Origin: Paramecium tetraurelia
Taxonomy: Eukaryota
NCBI GenBank assembly: GCA_000165425.1
Contig: CT868660.1
Location: forward strand, 372,001 to 436,000
Length of the DNA stretch: 64,000 nucleotides
Reading direction: 5' to 3'
Shown: piece by piece, positions 52,504 to 64,000 of the stretch
Position numbering within the stretch: the stretch's first letter is position 1
How the letters are laid out: each line of letters starts with the position of its first letter
Position numbers and translations under genes: made by a program
The notes under the pieces: generated by a model
The model's input: the letters and a program-made list of their open reading frames with translations, nothing else
What the model was told of the DNA's origin: nothing
Database searches by the model: none

Positions 52504-53935
52504 ATGTTTAACCTTACCCTCAGCTTTTCTTAATTTGGTATTTAAAAGACTCACTTTTAATTATATGATTGTTAAAATGAGTGTCTAAAAACAAAACAAT
52601 TGTAAAGAGATAAATAACCAATTCATCTTGTCACAATAAAAATTAGATAGTTGTTATAGTTCAATTAAACAATTTCTGTGATTCCGAGAATTCTTACTCA
52701 GCCAACTGCAGGTATTAAATGAGATATACGTAGCTGTATACAATGATGGATTAGATAATGAAAATTATGATTTAATAGTGAGATTGGATGATGTAATAAT
52801 AAATGAAAAGACAGGCAATTAATATATTGCTAAAGAATTGTTAGGTGTCGGTACTTTTGGAAGTGTTTATAGATGTGTGAAGAATAATACAAATTTTGCT
52901 ATCAAAATAATAAAAAATATTAATGCATACAATATACAATCCATGAAAGAAATTAAATTGATTAGGTTCCTTAATAAAAAATAAGAGCATGAAAGCATAA
53001 TTAAATTGATTGATTATTTTCTTTTTAAAAATCACGTTTGCATAGTTTTTCCATTATTAGGATTCAATTTGGAAGAATTGCTACAGGAAACTAAATATCA
53101 GGGCCTTTCATTGCACATGATCAAGAATATTTTGAAATAATTAATAGCAGGATTGGAATTCCTGCACTCTTTACATTGGGTGCATTGCGATATCAAACCT
53201 GAAAATATTTTATTCACAGAGTAAATTAATATATTTATCATAGTAATACAGCCAAATAAATTTAGATAATTGATTTCGGATCTGCAACTGAATTAAATAT
53301 CAATTTGTATTATTACATATAGAGCTTGTATTATAGAGCACCTGAGGTATGTGCAATTACATTTATGTATTTAGATTATTCTCGGCTACAAAAAGACTTG
53401 CGCCATTGATATGTGGTCAGTAGGGTGTGTGGCAGCCTAGTTGTACCTAGGATACCCGTTATTCCAAGGGACGTCATCCTTTGATCAACTATCAAAGATT
53501 CTTGGCCTAATTTCTATGTATTTTATAATGAATCACTAAAATTAGTACCAACTAAGAATTGATACAAAACAGTCCAAAATGCCAAGATTATTTTATTAAG
53601 GAAAACCAAAACTATGTTCTTAAAAATTTGAAGAAGTATCAGAATGAATATAATCTAAATCTACATGATCCTGGAATATAAAATATAACTAATATTTAGG
53701 AGTTGTATTTGGAATTCAATAAATCAAGTTTAAGAACAATCCAAGGTTCAAATTGGTAAGAAACTTATAATTAGAGATGGCCACTATGGAAGACTTCTTA
53801 GATTTACTAAAGAAGTTACTAGAATTTGATCCCGCTTTACGAATTACAGCTAGCCAATGTTTGCAACATCCGTTTTTAAGAGACTTTTAATTTAATATTA
53901 ATGACATTCTTAAGTAGGACCTCTAATATCAATGA
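52504..53935 (+). CDS. DYRK-family kinase, YAK1-like
   Basis: PRILTQP..VYNDGLDNENYDLIV (YAK1 DH-box region), LGVGTFGSV, HCDIKPENIL, IDFGSA, YYIQSLYYRAPE. Confidence 0.88.
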
Positions 53936-53994
53936 TAAATAGATAAACTACAAATTATTGTGTGACAATATATATATATATATATAAATGGGTG

Positions 53995-54264
53995 TCATTC
54001 AATTTCATCTAGTAATTCCTGAATAGATTTAGAATTTTCAGAAATTGCCTAGTCAATTAACACGAAAGGGTTTTTGCAAAACTACTACCGCCCCTTACTA
54101 ACTTTTTTAATTGTTTCAATTTGCTCTAGAGTAGCTGGAGCAGAGGCAGCTTTCCATATTAAATTTAAAGGATCATTGAATTCCATATTTTTTTGTGGCA
54201 ACCCTATTATCTTTCTCTTTATAGGTAAAGGCTGCAGAACATCACTTTTAATATTAATCTGCAT
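53995..54264 (-). CDS. Hypothetical small protein (89 aa)
   Basis: ATG 54264 to TGA 53995-53997, in frame, coding-like composition. Confidence 0.55.
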
Positions 54265-54508
54265 TTTAATTTTATTAATATAATTAATAAATGAAGGCAT
54301 GTAGTTAAAAACATGAAATTTTAAATATTTTGTATAACTAAAATACAAAGCTATTCATCTAAATTACTAAATCCGCTTCTCAATCTCTATCAAATCCATT
54401 TCCTTAGATAATTAATGAAGAAAATTAAAGTTCTTAGAATTATTTTAGAGGATAAAATTATTCGACTGAAATAAGTAAGTCAATATTAATAACAAATGAA
54501 TTAATTGC

Positions 54509-55398
54509 TCAAATTATTTTACACCCTTCCAAATCAATGGTCGCTTTGAAAGTGTTGTAATCCTACAATTTTAACTTCAAATATTCAGATTCCTAATCAT
54601 CCTTAGGGAATGCAATACAAAATCCACCATCTCCAGCGCCTGTCATTTTTGCTGGAATGTTTTCACTTTTACAAATTCTCTACACTTAATTTTAATGTAT
54701 ACTATGATATCATTTATTCTATTAGTGCAAATGCCTAATCTATTCAAAAGATCATGATTTTCATAAATCAACTCTTTCACAAGTCCTTCTTTAATTATTT
54801 ACTCAGTTACTTCTGAAATTCTATTCAAAATCTATCTCCCATCTTTGTTCTCAACACAATTTCTAACTTTGGCTATTGATCCCTCAGTTCCTTTTTATTT
54901 TCTCTCTCCAGAATCAATTAATAATATGTTTTGAATAGGAAGATTAACTTTCTAAACAGGTTTTCCAATCTGAAATACACATAGGCCTCCATGATTGGTC
55001 ACTTAAACATCTAATCCGCTTCCCCTCTTACCATGAAATATATTCTCAATCTAAATGGCTTAATCAATAGATCCATTCATGGCTTTGGTTAATGCAACAG
55101 CATATGATGCTGATGATCCTAGACCAGAACTGATGGGTACTTCAGATTGTACTTCTATGATTGATGGTCTCATATTTAAGATGCGTGCGACTTGAGCTAA
55201 CTAAGAATTGGTATTATTTTAATTTAGATCCAAGACTTCATGCCAATCGTTTCCCCATCTAATCTCTATTGAATTGGTTTGGTTTGGGTGTATTTTAATT
55301 GTAGTGTATTTGTTAATGGCTGCACATAATGCTTTATGACCATACACAACAGAATGCTCACCTGAAATGATGATCTTAGCAGGTGCTCTTACAAACAT
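54509..55398 (-). CDS. MVK: Mevalonate kinase (GHMP family)
   Basis: [47 protein letters not shown]. Confidence 0.92.
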
Positions 55399-55405
55399 AA
55401 TTAAA

Positions 55406-56530
55406 ATGGAATATTTAGAAATTATTGAAACAATAATTCCTTATGTTATAAACCAAATTTTGATGGGAGTTGAGGATAAGATTGTGTAGAAGTTAGAGGT
55501 CGACTCAAGTGCCGCTTTTTCATTAGACTTGGCTTTTACAGTATTAAAGCAGGTTGCCTTTGATCCAACTTCCTAAAACTATTGTGAATAGGAAGAAGGG
55601 GAACCAAAAAATGTGTCAAAAGAAAGACATAGAGCTTACAACCTCAAATATATATAACCTCCTAAGGGTTAAGTGACTCCCAGAGTAGCAGAACCTCCAA
55701 AACACATATTTATGATGCCCACACAATTGTGGGAAGATTACGAACCCTAATTGATAAGACAAAAGACCAAAGAGTACATTGAGGAGTATCCTGATGAAAG
55801 GAGGATCATGGAATAAAAATGCCTAGAAAAACAGTACAAAGAATAAAAACTGAGACAACAATCAAGAGAAAAGAGATAAGTGAAGGAGTTGCATTCTCAA
55901 CTGATAATGAAGATTGGTTCTAAAGAATACACTTACGATTACAATTGCAATCCACTTGCTCGATCCAATAATTAAGTCAAGAAGGATGTTATAACAACAT
56001 TACCATATGAAATTCCATTAACTGATAACAATTCTATAATTTCTTAACCCAAGTTAATAGAATAGGTTAAATAAAAAAGGAGACAGGTTGAAAATATCGA
56101 AACCATAATGGAATTCGAAGAAGAACAAGTACAAGAGATTAAATTACAACCTGGAGTCAGACTCAGTCTAAAACCCATCCAACTCTAGGAATAATCTTTC
56201 AGATTGTAAACTTAAAAGTCCAAACAGCAAGATGCAAGTTCAATCTCTTAAAAAATACCCAAAAAGTACAAAAATGTGGTTAAGCTTAATAATATCAGTT
56301 TGGTTAGTTACTTGTAATAGTAGGATGGTGATAGTTACATTAAAATGGGGTCGATGGCTACAAATTAAACTTAACAAATTACACCTACAAATCAAAGCTT
56401 CATCGATTAAGAGAGTATTAAGCAAGACTTACTCAGATTACCTAAATTGAGATCGCACTCTATAAATCCCAAAACAAAAAGAAAAAGTAGATTGTACCCT
56501 TCTTATTCAATTGTGACTTAAAGAGATTGA
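55406..56530 (+). CDS. Hypothetical protein (about 374 aa)
   Basis: 1125-nt span ATG to TGA, multiple of 3. Confidence 0.7.
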
Positions 56531-56662
56531 TTATATTATATATATATATTTAAATTTCTAGAAATAGAGTATCAGAAATTTTAAGGTTTAAACTATTTAT
56601 AGATAAATAATATACTATTATGTTCATAAATAAATTATTAAACAGCGAATTAAATATTTAAA

Positions 56663-57172
56663 ATGGGTTGGTGGAATGGAAACAACAATGATGACGATGC
56701 AAATAAAAATTATAGCTAAAATGTCAATTCAACTTTTAAATCTTCGACTACTACAAGGTAATGCAGACCTGATCCTTAAGATTAAAATTTTATGATCTGC
56801 AAAAATATCGTAAAGGAAAGTTCAACTATTAATGGTTAGAGGAATGATGAAACAAAAGAATATGAAGAAAGACTCCCCATATCTCAAAATTATGTAAGAA
56901 GGAACCAAAACTACAATTAGAATAATCCAGAATTTGATTTTAATTAAATGGATGAAGAAATTGGATAAATGTTTGAGAATTTCACTAATAACTTCTTTAA
57001 AAATCTACCAACTGTTGTATTTGGACCCATGAGAGTAGATTTTTAAAATCCCAATTACGAAACAAGAGCAAATAACAACTATACTAATTAGCAAAAACCA
57101 TAACAATAACAATAGCAATATCAATAATAACCTAGAGTCCAAAAGAAGAAGGATGACATCTATGATTGTTGA
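56663..57172 (+). CDS. Hypothetical protein (169 aa) starting MGWW
   Basis: 510-nt span ATG to TGA. Confidence 0.7.
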
Positions 57173-57253
57173 GTTTTACATATTATATTTATTATTATTA
57201 AATCGAATGAAGATTGTAATTAATTTAAAAAATTTAATTAAAATCTTTTATTC

Positions 57254-57709
57254 ATGGGAGTTGGTAAACCCAGAGGTATGAGAGCCGGAAGAAAGCTCAA
57301 AGATCACAGAAGAGTTAACAGATGGGCTGATAAGGAATATAATAAAGCCATGATTGGATCAAGATATAAGAATCCATTCATGGGTGCATCACATGCTAAA
57401 GGTTTGGTTGTCGAAAAGATCGGAGTGTAAATATACTTTTTTAATGTGTATCTAGTGAATCCAAATAACCAAACTCTGCCGTCAGAAAGTGTGTTAGAGT
57501 CCTATTGAAAAAGAATGGTAAAAAAATATCAGCCTTCGTTCCCAAGGATGGTTGCTTAAACTTTTTAAATGAAAACGATGAAGTCACTGTAGCTGGATTC
57601 GGAAGAAAGGGACATGCAGTCGGTGATATTCCAGGGGTCAGATTTAAGATTATTGCAGTTAAAGGAAAGTCACTTTTTGGCTTTATGGCTTGGAAAGGTT
57701 GAAAAATGA
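57254..57709 (+). CDS. RPS23: 40S ribosomal protein S23 (uS12); apparent extra T near the 3' end
   Basis: [47 protein letters not shown]; intron 57427-57455. Confidence 0.95.
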
Positions 57710-57776
57710 ACAACTTATATTCCTTTTTGTCAGTATATTAAGAATATTTATTAAATTTTATTATATTGGTTTATAA

Positions 57777-58150
57777 TCAGTAAAACTTCATCTCTTCAGC
57801 TGTTCCTCTCTCTATTTACTTTATGTCCTTCTCTTATAGTTACAAAATATTTTCTATAAGCATAAACAAATTCAATCTTCCTTTTGCAGCTCTTTACTAC
57901 TAACAAATATTTTTATATTATTATATAATGAAGTAATTAATAGTGAAATTTAATTACAAAATATTATTACATTCAATAGTCATTCCTTTCATCTTAAAGT
58001 GAGTACTTCTATAATCAAAAGATAACTTAGATGAGAAAAATGTCAATTCTCTTATAAATTCTTCTATGAAGGTAGTCTTAGAGATTATATTGTTTTGAAG
58101 ATTGTTAATTTGATTTTCAATAAGAAAAGCAAAATAGAATAATTTATACA
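57777..58150 (-). pseudogene. Possible degenerate gene or hypothetical ORF
   Basis: TGA-free stretch ending ...LQEKDIKQIERGTAEEMKFY*; no clear start or family. Confidence 0.25.
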
Positions 58151-58443
58151 ATGGAGGTTTTTAATTTATTAATAAGCAATAGCCAACATATGAGAAAGTG
58201 TAAAAACTAAATGAAACAATTAATCACCTCGAAAAATCTAACATAAATAAAGTATAAAGTAAATTATTTAAAAAGGTGTAGCTTGGAATGCTATAAATTC
58301 CTGATCAAAAATATGGTAGAGTTCTTTTTAAAATATTAAATACTTAAAAAACAAATTAAGTAACTATCCTTAAGTGACAAAGAAATTGATAATTCAATTG
58401 ATAAAATAATTGTTTTAAATAGAATTAATTATTCATAGTAAAA

Positions 58444-60494
<2,051 letters not shown>

Positions 60495-61330
60495 AAACAA
60501 TATCGTTAAATTATTAATATTTAGAACTTTATTATAAATAAATATTTCAAAAGCTTTTAATCAAAGACCCTCAAACCTTCATTTTATTTTCAATATTGAA
60601 TTACAAACAAACATTAAAGAAAGGGCTTTTGTGTATTCATCAAAATCTAGTATAATCAGATGTATGTTTATAATTTTGGCAATCCCACTAAAATTTATGT
60701 AAAAATTCAATTCTTGCAACTCATTTATTTAAATTGAATCTTTCTTTTAATTCTAATAATAAGTCATACTAATATTTTGAAATCAACATTTAATTTATTT
60801 ATTATCAGCTAAATTGTGTAATCCATAAAGAAATGTTTTACCAAATTTATTTCGTCTTCAAATAAATTAGTTCTTATTCTTTAGTTTAATTGAAAGAACC
60901 AAAAATAAAAATTATATGAAAATTTATTATCCTTAATACAGTTCTTAAAAGTATAAAATCCTATTACAAAAGATTATTAAAGAAAGCAACCTAATTTAAG
61001 TTTATTAGTAGATAAAAATTGAATAATTTCTATTATCAGAAACAGTATGATATTAAGTTATTATTTAAATCTAAATTTATCATGTAATTGTTAATTAATT
61101 TTTTTGATGTTTCGATCCAGTCATAAACTCATAACACTATATAGTTCAGCATAAATATTATATAAAAGTGTATGATTGTGAGAAAGACCAGCAATTTGAA
61201 TAGATAATATTCAAATATCATAATACAATAAAGTATAATTACATAAATTTTAACTTCAAAATCTAGACCTAAAGGGATAATATAAAATTGATGAGTTAAC
61301 TATTTTAATTTTAAATTTTAAATATTATCA

Positions 61331-61636
61331 ATGCCTCATTATCCCGAAGAAATTGAATATTCAGATAAGTACTTCGATGACTACTATGAATACAGACATG
61401 TCATTCTACCTAAACATATTTTCAAAAAAATCACAAAAGGTACTTTTTGAATTTGAAAATGTTAGGTAAATTATTAAACGAAATGGAATGGAGAGCCTTG
61501 GGAGTATAGCAATCCAGAGGATGGTCTCACTATGAAACTCATAGACCAGAACCTCACATTCTTCTCTTCAGAAGAGCAAAAAACACAGATCCCAATACTG
61601 GATTGCCTCCCTCCAGGATTTAGCGCTCCTTATTGA
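61331..61636 (+). CDS. CKS1: Cyclin-dependent kinase regulatory subunit (Cks1/Suc1); apparent extra C near the 3' end
   Basis: [45 protein letters not shown]. Confidence 0.93.
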
Positions 61637-61686
61637 ATATACATTAGTTAAATCCATCAGATAAAATGTATAAACTTTAATTTAAA

Positions 61687-62963
61687 TCATAACAATGGCA
61701 TTTTAGGATCAAATCCCTTTGCGTACAAATCTATTCCACCTACAATGTTATAAACATTGGGTATTTTATCCTTTAAAAATTCACATGCCAACCGAGAATT
61801 GTTGCCTCTTCTGCACATAATGTAAACCTCCTTATCCTTGTTCTCCTCCACCTAAAATTAATCAATCTATTAATATGGAAGATTTTTGAATCCATCCAAT
61901 TTAATTATGTTATACTACTAACTTGGTCTGACATCTAAAAGTACTACATTATCATTTTTTTAAATTTGTAGAAAATCCTTCCATTCTATTTCTTTGTAGC
62001 CTCCCCTAAAAGGAATAGAAGTGCTGCAAATAGTCTATGCAAAGGAAGCATAATCATATTCATTTATTTTTATTTACTTCTAACAAGCAATGCAATCCCT
62101 AAGTGTTAATTAATATTGATACTTTTATTGACCTCTAAGTTTGACTACTTTATACACATCTCTTATTCCATCAATCAATATCATTTTCTATGACAAAGTT
62201 TACTGTCCAATAATTATTTTCACTGCTTATAATGCTTCTATGAGTCCAATCAACCCAGGCATAACTCCAAATACTCCCGCTTCATTGCAATTCTACACAG
62301 TCTTAGGACATTATGGAAATAAACATCTATAACAAGGTCCTTACATTCCATAAACTGTGATTTGTCCTTCCCAACCAACCGAAGAACCTGATACCAAAGG
62401 TTTATTTAAGTAAATTGCTGTATCATTTATTAAATATCTTGTGGCAGGATTATCAGTTGCATCTAAAATTAAATCATAATTTTTAAATATATCAATTGCA
62501 TTTTCTGATGATAAATGATGCTAATAAGTAATAACATTCACTAAAGGATTAAACTAATTAATTTATTTTTTTGCTGATTCACACTACAATAGATATTAAA
62601 GTATACTTTATTCATTCCTTGTCTATCATTATTATGAATTATTTGACGATGCAAATTAGAAACATCTACACTATCACCATCAACTAGTCCTATTGTTCCA
62701 ACTCCAGCTCCAGCCAAGTAATAAATTGCAGGAGCTCCTATACCTCCAGCACCTACAATCAGTACCTTTGCAAGATGAATCTTCTACTATCCAGTTAATC
62801 CTATTTCAGATAAGATCATTTATCTTTTGTATCTGTTGATATGTTCATAACCAAATTCATTATTTATTTGATTCAATTTACTCTATGCAAAGTCCTCCTC
62901 CTATTCAAATTAGATGTTGTTTTATTTAAGAAGACCCTATAAATACACGATATATTCTTTCAT
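61687..62963 (-). CDS. MOCS3: MOCS3/Uba4 adenylyltransferase-sulfurtransferase (ThiF + rhodanese)
   Basis: [40 protein letters not shown], rhodanese MCRRGNNS. Confidence 0.92.
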
Positions 62964-62983
62964 ATTTTTTATAAATAAATAAA

Positions 62984-64000
62984 TCAACTAATTTGTTTTC
63001 TAAGATAAGGTTGAAGATAGTTTAAAAATTTGCTTTTTGGATCAATTTATAAAATTTCTTAATACTACCTTTCAGCTAATAACTTTTAATTTGTTTATAA
63101 GTATGCAAGGCCTATTAATTAATAAATTGAATACACAAATAGTACTTTGCTTAAATGTTTTATTTTTCAAACTTAAGCACATGTAATAAATACTTTATTG
63201 CCAACTCAATCTCACCGTAATTTAGTAATATACATCCTTTAATAACAATTAAATTCACCTGCCAAAATCCACCCCTTAAAATTGCGAGGTAGTAATCTCA
63301 AGTACTTTTAAATAGTATATAGAGCATCTTTATAATTTTTTAGGCCAAGCACACTTAGGGCTACATTACACATTACTTACTTATAATTTACCAGAAAAAT
63401 GGGTTTTATTTAATTTCTTCTTATGATTATCCTAATTGTTACATAAACTTCATGGTATCGGAGTATTTTCTCTAAACATACATACAATAAGCTAATATAA
63501 AAAATAGATAATAACCTAACCAAAGTTAAACTTCCTACTTTGGTTGTTAATTTTAAAGAGTGTAGAATATACTCTATGCTTTTTCGTTTTCCCCAGCCAT
63601 TAAGTATTCAATGGCTTAATATTGAATAAAGAGTTATACCATCTTAGAATGTCGCATCGGTTTTAAAATCAATTTGAGTATTTATATTATCATCGTATAT
63701 CCTAGACAAAGACTATAAGGATTATTAGTAGGGATCTTAAAGATTATCTTGAATTTAATTGTAGCTAATAAATCCACACAAATTAGTTTAAGGCTAGTTG
63801 TTATTGCCTATTGACTATAATTGAATAGTAGAATTAAATGATCCTGTTGAGGAAAAAGGACTAATTTAAACAAACAAATACATCAATATTGAATTTAATC
63901 TCCTCTAGCATGTGCTAAAAGTGATGTTAGACTCTGTCATGAGTTCCTACACACGATCTAACATTCCCCCAAACATATCAAATCCCTTCGTAAAACAACT
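62984..64000 (-). CDS. TPR-repeat protein, 5' end outside the window, exon structure uncertain
   Basis: AQVCLGLKNYKDAL....YLRLLPRNFKGWILAG and LLNYGEIELAIKYLLHVLKFEKQNIQAKYYL are TPR-like helix pairs. Confidence 0.55.

Noticed and set aside
53968..53986. (TA)n run as an IES or transposon footprint
   Set aside because: Ordinary microsatellite in AT-rich intergenic DNA; no inverted terminal consensus seen.

Overview
AT-rich, extremely gene-dense ciliate macronuclear DNA, most likely Paramecium. TAA/TAG read as Gln, TGA is the only stop, introns are tiny (about 20-35 nt, GT..AG) and intergenic gaps are often under 60 nt. The supplied standard-code ORF track is largely uninformative, so genes were re-read by hand in the ciliate code. 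About 40 protein-coding genes are supported. They include an insulinase-like M16 pseudo-peptidase, a Spindle-E/TDRD9-like DExH RNA helicase, CK1, an HP1-like chromo/chromoshadow protein, LZIC, a tandem-WWE protein, UBE2K-type E2, NECAP, proteasome beta2, RSPH4/6, a 2xCBM48-kelch protein, a jacalin-PX protein, an F-BAR protein, RCC1 and MORN repeat proteins, eta/zeta-class tubulin, two actins, a START protein, IFT140, a CCCH zinc-finger protein, a signal-peptide-bearing CK2-like kinase, an AKR, an ER EF-hand protein, YAK1/DYRK and SNF1-like kinases, mevalonate kinase, RPS23, CKS1 and MOCS3/UBA4. No rRNA, tRNA, transposon, telomere or CRISPR was recognised. The most notable observations are unusual domain architectures, degenerate catalytic or binding sites, a head-to-head pair of uncharacterised paralogs sharing an intron position, divergent start codons only 7-30 nt apart, a GC-AG intron, and three apparent +1 homopolymer frameshifts in conserved genes. 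All family calls come from recalled motifs, not database searches; coordinates are hand-counted.
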